Assembly: GCA_045638585.1 (NCBI GenBank)
Contig: JAZUBO010000006.1
Location: forward strand, 7,907-71,906
Origin: Acutalibacteraceae bacterium
Lineage (GTDB): Bacteria; Bacillota; Clostridia; Oscillospirales; Acutalibacteraceae
Direction: 5' to 3'
DNA length: 64,000 nt
Shown here: positions 26,737 to 36,157 of the stretch, one piece after another
Numbering within the stretch: the first letter of the stretch is position 1
Layout of the letters: each line of letters starts with the position of its first letter
The notes under the pieces: generated by a model
Seen by the model: only the letters and a program-made list of their open reading frames with translations
Told to the model about the DNA's origin: nothing
Database searches by the model: none
Made by a program: the position numbers and the translations under genes

Positions 26737-28884
26737 ATGAAAAAATTCAAACTCGCTTTTACAGTCATTACAGTTGTTTTAATATCTTTAGTAATGGTTG
26801 TAACTGCGTCGGCGGCAAATGCTCCAGGCAGAGAAACAGCAGATGAAATCTTCTTTGATATGGGCTTCTCTACATGGGGTAACGGCTATTTTGGTTGCTC
26901 TATGACAGAGCCTGATGGCGTAAATGCACCTGATGAGGTTGTTTTTCAGTATATGTATCTCAGCGGTGCATTAGATGATTACTATGATGATGAAACAGGC
27001 TATTATACAATTGCTTATGATGAGTATATAAGCCTTGTTGATAAAACATTTGTAAATCATAGTGATATGACAGCTTACCTTGCTGATTACATCGACCCTG
27101 AAACTAACGTTATCAGTTGGTTCAGAGGCGGCTTTGGTGGTCCTCAGACTTGGGTTCCTACCGAGTATTGTGTAAAAGGTGATTACTGCTACGTAACAGG
27201 TATGTTCGTGGATATGGATATTGAATGCTATCCCGATTTTGCAGAAATGATTCTAGATGAAGATTACATTTATGTTGATGGATATCCAGCAGTTATTTTA
27301 GATGATATTATTCTTACCTTGAAGAATACTGAAGATGGTTGGAAAATTTTAGAATACAGAGAAAATGCTTATCACGTAGTTGGAGATATGCTTTATTCTG
27401 ACGACGAAATGTTCTTCAGATTTACCATTGAGGATAATGGAAATGTTGATATTATCGATTGTGAAGATAACGAAGAATTTTTCACCGGCTTTTACGGTAA
27501 CGATTCTTTGTGGCACTACGGCTCAACAAAACATTCATACGAAATTAAAGCAGACGAAAACTATGAAATCGAATCAGTTGTTTTAACTGATGCTAATGGT
27601 GAAACTGTTGTTACACCTGATGAAAATGGAGTGTATACTTTTGAAGTTGTTGAAATTGGTGCTTTAAAGGTTACAACAAAGGGTATTCCCGCAGTTAAAG
27701 AGACTGAAGACGGTCTTGCTTACTTCGTAGGTAACGATATCGCAACTGATTATACAGGTTTAGTTGTTTATGATGGCGTTGCTTATTATGTGGAAAACGG
27801 TTTTGTAAACTATGATTACGTAGGCTTATGTGAATATTACGGCTCATATTTTTACGTAAATAACGGTGCTGTTGACTGGAGCTATGTAGGTCTTTGTTAT
27901 TACGGTGAATCTTGGTTCTACGTAAATGGTGGTGTTCTTGACTGGAGCTATACCGGTCTTACATACTATGGTGATTCTTGGTTCTACGTAAACGGTGGTG
28001 TTCTTGACTGGAGCTATGTAGGTCTTTGCTATTATGGAGATTCATGGTTCTATGTGAACGGTGGCGTTCTTGACTGGAGCTATGTAGGACTTTGCTATTA
28101 TGGTGATTCATGGTTCTACGTAAACGGTGGCGTTCTTGACTGGAACTATACCGGTCTTACATATTACGGTGATTCATGGTTCTATGTAGGTAATGGTATG
28201 CTCGACTGGAACTACACAGGCCTTTGCCCATATGGTGATGCGTGGTTCTATATAGGCGGTGGCGTTCTTGATTGGGGCTACACAGGTCTTTGCCAGTACG
28301 GTGATGCGTGGTTCTATATAAATGGTGGTGTTCTTGATTGGAACTATACCGGTCTTACATATTATGGTGGTTCATGGTGCTACGTAGGTAATGGTGTGTA
28401 TGATTCAAGTTATGTAGGTCTTGTTTATTCAGGTTATAATTGGCTTTACATAAGTAATGGTCATCCTGTGCCGCATTATGAGGGACTTTGCTATTTTAAC
28501 GGTGCTTGGTATTATGTAAAACAAGGAAGATATGATAGTAGTTACACTGGTCTTTGTCAATATAACGGTGCTTGGTTCTATGTAAAAAATGGTGTGCTTG
28601 ATTGGGGCTACACAGGTCTTTGCTGGCATAATGGTGTAAAATATTATATAGAAAACGGTACGCTTAATCCCATTACAGGCTTATATGCAGACGATGCTAC
28701 TCAGACTGTTTATTTCATAAACGATGGTGCTGTTGATACATCGTTCACAGGCTTTGTTGAGATGGAAGGCTATTGGTTATTTGTTGAAAATGGTATCTGG
28801 GATTATACATTTACAGGTACAGTTGAATTTGAAGATGGTTCAGTTGCTGATATAGTTGAAGGTGTAGTTGTTGATATCAGATAA
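26737..28884 (+). CDS. Secreted protein with ~17 tandem 22-aa cell-wall/glucan-binding-type repeats
   Basis: The likely start is the ATG at 26737 (MKKFKLAFTVITVVLISLVMVVTASA signal peptide) behind AGGAG. The C-terminal two-thirds is built of YxGLxxYGDSWFYVNGGVLDW units. The N-terminal ~340 aa are unassigned. Confidence 0.8.
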   Translation: MKKFKLAFTVITVVLISLVMVVTASAANAPGRETADEIFFDMGFSTWGNGYFGCSMTEPDGVNAPDEVVFQYMYLSGALDDYYDDETGYYTIAYDEYISLVDKTFVNHSDMTAYLADYIDPETNVISWFRGGFGGPQTWVPTEYCVKGDYCYVTGMFVDMDIECYPDFAEMILDEDYIYVDGYPAVILDDIILTLKNTEDGWKILEYRENAYHVVGDMLYSDDEMFFRFTIEDNGNVDIIDCEDNEEFFTGFYGNDSLWHYGSTKHSYEIKADENYEIESVVLTDANGETVVTPDENGVYTFEVVEIGALKVTTKGIPAVKETEDGLAYFVGNDIATDYTGLVVYDGVAYYVENGFVNYDYVGLCEYYGSYFYVNNGAVDWSYVGLCYYGESWFYVNGGVLDWSYTGLTYYGDSWFYVNGGVLDWSYVGLCYYGDSWFYVNGGVLDWSYVGLCYYGDSWFYVNGGVLDWNYTGLTYYGDSWFYVGNGMLDWNYTGLCPYGDAWFYIGGGVLDWGYTGLCQYGDAWFYINGGVLDWNYTGLTYYGGSWCYVGNGVYDSSYVGLVYSGYNWLYISNGHPVPHYEGLCYFNGAWYYVKQGRYDSSYTGLCQYNGAWFYVKNGVLDWGYTGLCWHNGVKYYIENGTLNPITGLYADDATQTVYFINDGAVDTSFTGFVEMEGYWLFVENGIWDYTFTGTVEFEDGSVADIVEGVVVDIR
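27745..28840 (+). repeat. In-frame 66-bp tandem coding repeats
   Basis: The period is 66 nt; for example ACTGGAGCTA recurs at 27941 and 28007. The central units (27.9-28.4 kb) are roughly 85-95 percent identical by eye, and the units become more degenerate toward both ends. Confidence 0.85.
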
Positions 28885-28920
28885 TCAACCTTAATAACAG
28901 AAACTAAATCAAATAAAATA

Positions 28921-28954
28921 TTCCCCTTTGTAAGTTTTAGCTTACAAAGGGGAA
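28921..28954. terminator. Bidirectional terminator between convergent genes
   Basis: TTCCCCTTTGTAAG - TTTTAG - CTTACAAAGGGGAA, a perfect 14-bp stem. Confidence 0.75.
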
Positions 28955-28961
28955 TTTACTT

Positions 28962-29480
28962 TTATGATTTCCTGATTGATTTTTCAGCAGTTTTTAAAAC
29001 CGTTATTATAGGCACTATAAGTAATCCGCATATAAAATTACTTACGCCGTGAATAGCGTCAAATGGAAGACCTGTAGCAATCCAGGTAATCATTCCTTTA
29101 AAATCTAAATTGAACAAAATAGCTTGTGCAGGTGCGTAAAGTATACCAAAAAGAAAACCGTGTAATGCGCAAACTAATGAGTAAACAATAGTTGCGTATT
29201 TTGGTGAAATCTTTTTAGGTAACAGCATCACAACAGCCCAAAGTATTGTCCAGACGTAAAGATAAGGAATCCACCAGGTTGCAAAGCCACCTAAAAGCCC
29301 GGTTAAGAATATAAAAATATAAATAGGGTATAACGCCTTTTTTCTGTAAACAACGGTAGTCGCTATAATGAAAACACCAATCAAATGAATGTTGGGCAGC
29401 AATTCCATAATAATCTTTGATGCGTACATCAAAGCTCCCAACATACCGAAAATGGCAATTTCTTTTACGTTAAGCTTCAT
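28962..29480 (-). CDS. Small polytopic membrane protein, ECF-transporter S-component-like (possible corrinoid-related substrate-capture subunit)
   Basis: 172 aa with about 5-6 hydrophobic helices. The start overlaps the stop of the upstream lipoprotein gene (ATGA). It lies under the cobalamin riboswitch. The family assignment rests on size, topology and context only. Confidence 0.55.
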   Translation of the reverse strand: MKLNVKEIAIFGMLGALMYASKIIMELLPNIHLIGVFIIATTVVYRKKALYPIYIFIFLTGLLGGFATWWIPYLYVWTILWAVVMLLPKKISPKYATIVYSLVCALHGFLFGILYAPAQAILFNLDFKGMITWIATGLPFDAIHGVSNFICGLLIVPIITVLKTAEKSIRKS

Positions 29481-29941
29481 TTTTCTTGCTTGAATGAATA
29501 AGCTGTGCCCTCAACAATGTCGGTTAAATCAACACCGGTCATTGCATATTCACCGTCAACGTAAAATGCCCAATAAGTGCCGTCTTTGTCATAGTCGGCA
29601 GTAATACCGTTGACTTTTTTAACGTATAAGCCGTATTGCCCGTCTTCACCCTCAATGAGCTTTGCGTCAAGAAGAGCCTCACCAACGGTGGTTTTGTCGG
29701 TGAAAACTTTAAACTCTGTGCTGTTACCGTTAATATCGGTTACAGTAAAGCTAAAGCTTTTTTCACCCTCGCCTACGGTAGTTACCTCCGGAGCTTTCGG
29801 AGCTTCCGTAGTTGCGTTCGTGGTAGTGTTACTACCTGTGTCTTTGTTGTCGTTACAACCTGCTGTAAAAAGTGCAATAGCCGCAATAAGCACAATACAA
29901 AGGATAAACGACAACGTCTTTTTAAAACGTGTCATTTTCAT
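29477..29941 (-). CDS. DUF4430-type lipoprotein (possible corrinoid-binding protein)
   Basis: The real start is the ATG at 29941 (MKMTRFKKTLSFILCIVLIAAIALFTAGC, lipobox TAGC) behind AAAGGAGA. The C-terminal segment TVGEALLDA...GLYVKKVNGI...GTYWAFYVDGEYA..G......V.EG..YSF matches my recollection of the DUF4430 pattern. Confidence 0.7.
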   Translation of the reverse strand: MKMTRFKKTLSFILCIVLIAAIALFTAGCNDNKDTGSNTTTNATTEAPKAPEVTTVGEGEKSFSFTVTDINGNSTEFKVFTDKTTVGEALLDAKLIEGEDGQYGLYVKKVNGITADYDKDGTYWAFYVDGEYAMTGVDLTDIVEGTAYSFKQEK

Positions 29942-29989
29942 AATAGTATTTCTCCTTTTGTTTTTGTTTTCCTCTTTCGTAAAACCGGC

Positions 29990-30176
29990 ACTCGCAGTCA
30001 AGATAAAATCTTTAAAGAGGGGGTGATACCGGGTATTTCGACTTGATGCATTGCCAACCGTCTTCTCAGCTTTCCCCAATGACCTGTCACCGATTGCGGC
30101 ATCGGTCAGGTAAGCAACGTAAAAGCATCTTACGGCAGCGGGCCTGTACAGGATTTGCACCTGTTTCCCCGAATAT
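29990..30176 (-). promoter_or_regulatory. Cobalamin (B12) riboswitch
   Basis: The minus strand reads GGGGAAACAGGTGCAAATCCTGTACAGGCCCGCTGCCGTAAG (30129-30170), the conserved core of the class. Downstream are ATTGGGGAAAGCTGAGAAGACGGTTGGC (B12-box-like) and CCCGG. It sits between a promoter and the lipoprotein RBS. The ORF-track extension 29942-30181 is this leader read as protein. Confidence 0.72.
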
Positions 30177-30183
30177 CGCAAAT

Positions 30184-30212
30184 ATTATACTACTTTAATT
30201 CAGAGAAATCAA
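30184..30212 (-). promoter_or_regulatory. Sigma-A-type promoter of the riboswitch-controlled operon
   Basis: On the minus strand: TTGATT (30207-30212), 17-nt spacer, TATAAT (30184-30189). Confidence 0.6.
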
Positions 30213-30234
30213 TATTCTAAAGGCGTTATTTTTC

Positions 30235-30263
30235 TTGACAAATATACTACTTTGGAATAGAAT
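30235..30263 (+). promoter_or_regulatory. Sigma-A-type promoter of the tagF-like/tagD cluster
   Basis: TTGACA (30235-30240), 17-nt spacer, TAGAAT (30258-30263). Confidence 0.55.
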
Positions 30264-30295
30264 AAACTTGGTATATAATGGCGAGGTTTAATGCT

Positions 30296-31393
30296 ATGAA
30301 GTTATTGATTATCAAGGTGTTTGTGCTTTTTATAAGGGTGCTTTATTCACCTATGAAATTAAGAAAAACTAAAAATAAAATAGTTTGGCTTTCCCGTCAG
30401 TCTGATGAAAAATCAGAGGATATTAAAAGACTGTCAGAAGAAATTAAAAAGCTTTCACCTGACACACTTCAGGTTTTTCGTCTTAAGAAATTAAAGGATG
30501 AAAGCGGCTTGTCTTTATCTTACGTTTTTTCTGTTTTTGGTGATATGTGGGAGCTTTCAAACGCTAGTATTGCCGTTGCAGATACATATTCAATTCCCTT
30601 GTCTTGTCTCAACCATAAAAAGACGTTAAAGAAAATTCAAATCTGGCACGCTTTAGGTGCAGTGAAAAAATTCAGCTTGCAAGCGGTTGGTAAGGCACAG
30701 GGCAGAAACGAAGCAGTTTCAAAGGCTATGTGTATGCATAAGAATTATGACGTTGTAATTGCACCGTCAGATGCTACCGCAAAATTTTATTGCGAAGCCT
30801 TCGGTTGTGGTGAAGATAAAATCAGAATAGCATCTTTACCCCGTGTTGATGAAATATTAAACGGTGATAATCGCAAGGCAGAGTTTTTAAAGCTTAACCC
30901 GGATTTTGATGGCAAAAAAATAATTCTTTATACCCCCACCTTCAGAACGAATGACGACGTATATGCAGAGAATTTATATAGCGCCTTTTCCGAAACAGAA
31001 GGGGCAAAGCTCATCGTAAAAGCACACCCCTTGAGTAAATTATCACAAAATGAAAAGTATAGAATTAACAGTGATTTTTCAACCTACGACCTTATGAAGG
31101 TTGCTGACGGTTTAGTTACAGATTATTCTGCCTGTGCTTTTGAAGGCTCGCTTCTTAATAAACCAATGTGGTTTTATGTGCCCGATTATGAAATCTATAA
31201 AGCCGAGCAGGGCTTGAACGTTGATGTTTTCGAAGAGCTTCCCGAAATATCATTCTGTGATGAAAAAATGCTTGTGAAAGATTTAGTATCAAATGAATAT
31301 GACATATCTTTAATCAAGCAGTTTTCAGATAAATACGTGAAAAACAAAAATGCGGATAACACTGAAAAGCTAGCCCGCATAATTCTTGAATAA
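30296..31393 (+). CDS. CDP-glycerol glycerophosphotransferase (TagB/TagF family)
   Basis: The ATG at 30296 behind GAGG is preferred over 30278. Family motifs IWHALGAVKKF, LYTPTFR, KAHP, LVTDYSACAFE. Confidence 0.82.
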   Translation: MKLLIIKVFVLFIRVLYSPMKLRKTKNKIVWLSRQSDEKSEDIKRLSEEIKKLSPDTLQVFRLKKLKDESGLSLSYVFSVFGDMWELSNASIAVADTYSIPLSCLNHKKTLKKIQIWHALGAVKKFSLQAVGKAQGRNEAVSKAMCMHKNYDVVIAPSDATAKFYCEAFGCGEDKIRIASLPRVDEILNGDNRKAEFLKLNPDFDGKKIILYTPTFRTNDDVYAENLYSAFSETEGAKLIVKAHPLSKLSQNEKYRINSDFSTYDLMKVADGLVTDYSACAFEGSLLNKPMWFYVPDYEIYKAEQGLNVDVFEELPEISFCDEKMLVKDLVSNEYDISLIKQFSDKYVKNKNADNTEKLARIILE

Positions 31394-31407
31394 AAGAGGT
31401 AGTAAAA

Positions 31408-31839
31408 ATGAAAAGAATTTTAACCTACGGTACGTTTGACTTATTACATTACGGTCACATCAGAATTCTTAAAAGAGCAAAAGAGTTAGGTGACTATCTT
31501 GTGGTTGCTCTTTCAACGGATGAATTTAACGCAATTAAAGGTAAAACAGCTTACCATAATTACGAAACTCGTAAAAAGATGCTCGAGGCTATAAGATACG
31601 TTGACCTTGTAATTCCCGAAAACAATTGGGAGCAGAAGGTTCAGGATATTAAAGATTACAAAATCGACGTAGTTGTTATGGGCTCTGACTGGGCAGATAG
31701 CGACAAATTTGACTATCTTAAAGAGTATTGCGATGTTGTTTTCCTTGAGCGTACACCCGGTGTTTCTACAACACAGATAAAAAACGATTTACAGCTTCAA
31801 GAGGCTGTAAGCGGTGTTGACCAAGTGCCTCAAACCTGA
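31408..31839 (+). CDS. tagD: Glycerol-3-phosphate cytidylyltransferase
   Basis: 143 aa. ILTYGTFDLLHYGHIRILKRAKELGDYLVVALSTDEFN is nearly collinear with B. subtilis TagD as I recall it; RYVD.VIPE..WEQK. Confidence 0.93.
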   Translation: MKRILTYGTFDLLHYGHIRILKRAKELGDYLVVALSTDEFNAIKGKTAYHNYETRKKMLEAIRYVDLVIPENNWEQKVQDIKDYKIDVVVMGSDWADSDKFDYLKEYCDVVFLERTPGVSTTQIKNDLQLQEAVSGVDQVPQT

Positions 31840-31915
31840 TTGGTTTTAAATAAAAGAAATTAAAAATAAACTAACTAAAAACAAACTAATCCCTTTTTGA
31901 AAGGAAAGTTAAGCG

Positions 31916-34900
31916 GTGTTTAAAAGATATTTAAACAAATTTAAAAAAGTTAAAGGTAATATTGAGCCCCGATACATAAAATACAGTCAGCTTCCAATTG
32001 ACGATAAACTTGTTCTCGTTGAGGGCGGTCAGGGGTCAAATATTAACGGTAATATGTTCGCAATGCTTAAAGAGTTGCAGACTAATCCCCGTTGGGAAGA
32101 ATACAAAACAGTTTTTGTCGTAACGGAAAATACCTTGGAAAAAGCCAAGGTGCGTATGGAGTTTTACGGCTTCAATAACGTTATATTATCTTGCCGTAAT
32201 TCAAAGTCATACTGTAAATATCTTGCAACTGCAAAATACATAATGACTGATAACACGTTTCCGCCTTACTTTAATAAACGTGATGAACAGGTTTTTCTCA
32301 ACACCTGGCACGGTACACCGCTTAAAACCTTAGGTAAATCAAATAAATCGAGCTTAAGCTCTCTTGCAAATGTTCAGAAAAATTATCTTATGAGCGATTA
32401 TGCTCTTTTCCCAAATGAATTTACAAGAGAAGTTTTTATGAACGATTACGACCTTCGTAATGTTTTTACAGGTAAAAGCCTTATTGCAAACTATCCGAGA
32501 AACTATATTTTCTATGATGCAAATGCAGGGGAAGAAATGAAAAAAACTCTGGGCTACGAGGGTAAAAAGGTTTTTGCATATATGCCTACCTGGAGAGATG
32601 CATCTACAAAAAAGCAAAAGGAAGAACAGCTTTTAAAAACAGAAGAGATTTTAAGAGAATTCGATGAAAAGCTTGACGATTCTTCAGTTCTTCTTGTAAA
32701 CCTTCATTTTCTTCTTGCTTCTGAAATAAATTGTGACGATTTCAAGCATGTTCACTATTTCTCAAACGATTACGATACTTATGAAATTCTCAATGCCTGC
32801 GACGGACTTATTACTGACTATTCAAGTGTTTTCTTTGATTATGCCGTAACGGGTAAAAAGGTAGTTCTTTTTGCTTACGATAAAGAGGATTACCTTAGCT
32901 CAAGAGGTCTTTATATGCCTTTTGAAAGCTTACCTTTCCCGATTGTTGAAACTGTTGACGGCGTAATTGACGAAATGAATAAGGCTACCGAAGTGCCTCA
33001 GGAATTTCTTGATAAATTCTGTCCTAACGGCTGGAAAGATAGCTGTGAAAGACTTTTCGAAATGATGGTGACGGGTGAAACCTCATCATACAAGCTTGGA
33101 GCTACCGAGGGTGCAGGGGAAAATATCTGCCTTATTTATGGCGGTGCGCTTCCCACAGTTCATTTTGAGGGCATCAGAAAAGTTGTAAAAGAAAATCCCG
33201 ACTATAAATATGTTGTTGCATACAGAAAAAACTTGTCACAAAAGAAGAAAGATATGATTTCAGAAATTGATGAAAATATATCTGTTCTTGGTCTTCTTAA
33301 TGCTTTTCAGTTTTCACTTATTGAGCTTGTTGTGTTTATTATTTACCGTCTTCTTGGTATGACTAAACCCAATAAAGTGTTGAACGGTATGTATAAAAGA
33401 GAAGCAAAAAGAAATTTTTACGGAATTAATCCCGTAAAGATTATAGACTTTTCATCAGCTAATAATCTTATTGCAGGTATACTTTCCGTTTTATCGGGTG
33501 AAAAGTGTTTTGTAAAACACGGCGACTTTTACAAGGTAAGAAAAAGAGCTGAAAAGAATATTTCATACACCCAGAAAATTGAAGCTGAAAAAGGCTTTTC
33601 ACAGCTTGATTTAAGCGAATACGAAAATAATTTCTATGCCGAAAATAACGAGGATGGTATAGCTCATTCAAGTCTTCGTAAAAGCTCTCGAATGAAAAAC
33701 ATTTTACCCTTGTATTTAAGCTCAAAGGGTAAAATGAAATGTATCAGCTTGTTCTCTTTGACTACACCAATAAAAACACGTCTTTGTGATACCACAATTA
33801 CCGTTGCAGATTTAGAGTATAAACCTAAATTCTTTGCTTTAACTAAGAAATTATCAAATAAGCATTTCGGTGTTTATTGGTTTTCCGTTCCTATGGAGGA
33901 TGTTTTGAATCTTCCTGCAACAAATATGGTTGCTCTCAATTATAAAGACGATTACGGCTTCCTCGTTCAATGTCATATCGTATATCTTTCACCGTTGAAG
34001 AATACGTTTGTTGGCTTGAGAGGTCAGATGTGCATTGATAAAGAAACAAGCACAGTAGCAATTTTCAGACAGTCAACTAAAAACAGACTTAACGTTTATG
34101 TTCGTTCAGTCAACGTAACCGACAAAATCAAAGAACGCTTGAAGCAATACGTTGCTTATCTTGTTTCATTGGTATGGGTTTCCGGTAAAGCTAAAAAGAT
34201 AGTTCTTCTTTACGAGAAAAACTCGTCAAAATACGAGGAAAGTGCAAGTGTTCTTTTTGAAGAGCTTATCGACAGCAGTTATAAAAACGCGTATTTTATT
34301 GTAACTCGTGATTATGATTTCTTTGATAGAATCCCCGAGAAATATTTGAGTAATATAATCTATAAATACTCGTTTAAGCATTACCTTTATTTCTTCAAGA
34401 GCCGTACATTTATCGGTACAGAAGCTATTGCCCACGCGATAGACTTAAAAACCTTTAACCTTTTACCCCTTAAAAAGATAATCAGTAAAAACCTTAACTA
34501 TGTCTTTTTACAACACGGTGTTATGTATATGGTTTCTCTTAATTCTGAGTCAAGAGGAATGTTTAAGCGTAAAAAGTTAAAGGGAAAATACAGGGTTGTT
34601 GTTTCCTCTCAGGCGGAGTCGGATCATTTCACAACTTTAGGAAGACATCTTGAAGAGGATATTTATATCACAGGTCTTCCCAAATTTGACCGTAACACTC
34701 ATAATGAAAACGCCGATAAAATCGTTATTATACCTACCTGGAGACCTTGGGAAATTAACGAAGCCCGTGCAGAGTTTACCGAAACACCGTATTTCAAAAT
34801 GCTTATGAGAATATACGATAGTGTTCCCGAAAGCTTGAAAGAGAAAGTAATTATTCTTCCTCATCCGCTAATTGTTAACGAGTTAAGTAAGCTTTCAGAT

Positions 34901-35272
34901 ACAGTTACCGATAAGATAGTTGTTGATGCAAGGTACGACGATATTCTTAAAGATACTGCGGTGCTTATTACCGACTATTCTTCAATTGCCTACGATGCTT
35001 TCTATCGCGGTGCAAGAGTAGTTTTCTACTGGGAAGAAAAGGATTACTGTATGATGCAGTACGGTCCGTCTACAAGACTTATGCTTGACGAAGAAAATGT
35101 TTACGGTGACTTTGCATATTCTACCGATGGTTTAACAGAAATTATAGAGCGTAACTACAATAATCCTCAGACAGAGGAGCAAAAAGAAAAATACGCTCAC
35201 CTCGTTAATTTCCACGATGGCAAGAACACGGGAAGACTTATTGAGTTCTTAAAGCGTGACGAAATTATTTAA
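31916..35272 (+). CDS. Large protein with two tandem CDP-glycerol glycerophosphotransferase (TagF-like) domains
   Basis: 1118 aa, GTG start. The first copy has NTWHGTPLKTLG, YMPTWRD and LITDYSSVFFDY. The second copy has LQHGVMYM, IIPTWRP and LITDYSSIAYDAF. Confidence 0.82.
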   Translation: MFKRYLNKFKKVKGNIEPRYIKYSQLPIDDKLVLVEGGQGSNINGNMFAMLKELQTNPRWEEYKTVFVVTENTLEKAKVRMEFYGFNNVILSCRNSKSYCKYLATAKYIMTDNTFPPYFNKRDEQVFLNTWHGTPLKTLGKSNKSSLSSLANVQKNYLMSDYALFPNEFTREVFMNDYDLRNVFTGKSLIANYPRNYIFYDANAGEEMKKTLGYEGKKVFAYMPTWRDASTKKQKEEQLLKTEEILREFDEKLDDSSVLLVNLHFLLASEINCDDFKHVHYFSNDYDTYEILNACDGLITDYSSVFFDYAVTGKKVVLFAYDKEDYLSSRGLYMPFESLPFPIVETVDGVIDEMNKATEVPQEFLDKFCPNGWKDSCERLFEMMVTGETSSYKLGATEGAGENICLIYGGALPTVHFEGIRKVVKENPDYKYVVAYRKNLSQKKKDMISEIDENISVLGLLNAFQFSLIELVVFIIYRLLGMTKPNKVLNGMYKREAKRNFYGINPVKIIDFSSANNLIAGILSVLSGEKCFVKHGDFYKVRKRAEKNISYTQKIEAEKGFSQLDLSEYENNFYAENNEDGIAHSSLRKSSRMKNILPLYLSSKGKMKCISLFSLTTPIKTRLCDTTITVADLEYKPKFFALTKKLSNKHFGVYWFSVPMEDVLNLPATNMVALNYKDDYGFLVQCHIVYLSPLKNTFVGLRGQMCIDKETSTVAIFRQSTKNRLNVYVRSVNVTDKIKERLKQYVAYLVSLVWVSGKAKKIVLLYEKNSSKYEESASVLFEELIDSSYKNAYFIVTRDYDFFDRIPEKYLSNIIYKYSFKHYLYFFKSRTFIGTEAIAHAIDLKTFNLLPLKKIISKNLNYVFLQHGVMYMVSLNSESRGMFKRKKLKGKYRVVVSSQAESDHFTTLGRHLEEDIYITGLPKFDRNTHNENADKIVIIPTWRPWEINEARAEFTETPYFKMLMRIYDSVPESLKEKVIILPHPLIVNELSKLSDTVTDKIVVDARYDDILKDTAVLITDYSSIAYDAFYRGARVVFYWEEKDYCMMQYGPSTRLMLDEENVYGDFAYSTDGLTEIIERNYNNPQTEEQKEKYAHLVNFHDGKNTGRLIEFLKRDEII

Positions 35273-35291
35273 AACAGAATAAAGATACATA

Positions 35292-35329
35292 AAAGAGAAT
35301 TCGTTTTTTCGAATTCTCTTTATTTTTTT
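35292..35329 (+). terminator. Intrinsic terminator after the teichoic-acid cluster
   Basis: AAAGAGAATTCG - TTTTTT - CGAATTCTCTTT followed by ATTTTTTT. Confidence 0.85.
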
Positions 35330-35399
35330 CTTCGCGAAAATTCGTGCTTTTTCTCTTAAAAGGGGTTGTACAATATTTAAAAACAACAGGAGGAATATT

Positions 35400-35726
35400 A
35401 TGTCTGTAACAATAAAGCAAAAAAATAATATTATAACCGCCCAGATAAAAGGTGAAATAGACCACCACACAGTACCACAAATAAGAGATATGATTGACGA
35501 TGCCTTTGTGTGTGCCGAAAGCGTTACCGAGTTGGTAATCGATTTTTCAGAGGTAACGTTTATGGATAGCTCGGGTATCGGTCTTGTTATGGGACGCTAT
35601 AAACTGGCAGCGGCAAACGGTAAGAAAATAAGCGTTATAAATTTATCCGAAAGAGATTACAAAATAATGAAAATGTCAGGGATAGAAAAATTAGCAAAAG
35701 TTAGTAAAAAAGGAGAATTACAATGA
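35400..35726 (+). CDS. spoIIAA: Anti-sigma-F factor antagonist
   Basis: 108 aa STAS domain with the phosphorylatable-Ser context FMDSSGIGLV. First gene of the three-gene overlapping operon. Confidence 0.9.
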   Translation: MSVTIKQKNNIITAQIKGEIDHHTVPQIRDMIDDAFVCAESVTELVIDFSEVTFMDSSGIGLVMGRYKLAAANGKKISVINLSERDYKIMKMSGIEKLAKVSKKGELQ

Positions 35727-36157
35727 AGAAAATCAATCAGTTGAAAATGATATTTGACAGCCGTTCTATAAACGAAAGCTTTTCAAGAATGGCGGTAGCA
35801 ACCTTTTGCAGTCAGCTTGATATGACCGTAGATGAGCTTGGTGATATAAAAACCGTTGTAAGTGAGGCGGTAACCAATTGTATCGTTCACGCATATAAAA
35901 GCGAAATCGGCAACATTTACATAACCTGTACAGTTTTTGAAAACGGTATTATCAGAATTACTGTTCGCGACAAGGGTTGCGGTATCGAAAACGTAAAACA
36001 GGCTATGGAGCCTTTGTATACAAGCCTCGGTGGTGACCGTTCGGGTCTTGGCTTTTCTGTTATGGAAAGCTTTTCGGACAAGCTTAAGGTCCGTTCAAAA
36101 GTAGGTGTAGGGACAACCGTAACCATTGAAAAAAAGATTATGGGTAAAACGAAATGA
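35723..36157 (+). CDS. spoIIAB: Anti-sigma-F factor (serine protein kinase)
   Basis: 144 aa; VSEAVTNCIVHAY N-box, DKGCGI, GLGFSVM G-boxes. 4-nt overlaps on both sides. Confidence 0.9.
   Translation: MKKINQLKMIFDSRSINESFSRMAVATFCSQLDMTVDELGDIKTVVSEAVTNCIVHAYKSEIGNIYITCTVFENGIIRITVRDKGCGIENVKQAMEPLYTSLGGDRSGLGFSVMESFSDKLKVRSKVGVGTTVTIEKKIMGKTK

Noticed and set aside
27745-28840. Regular 66-bp repeats as a possible CRISPR array
   Set aside because: The repeats are contiguous with no spacers, are in frame inside a 715-aa secreted protein, and encode a cell-wall-binding-type peptide motif.
29942-30181. N-terminal 80 codons of the 234-aa ORF 29477-30181, plus the plus-strand ORFs 29610-30046
   Set aside because: This stretch is the cobalamin riboswitch leader read as protein. 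The genuine lipoprotein start (MKMTRFKK..., RBS AAAGGAGA) is at 29941.
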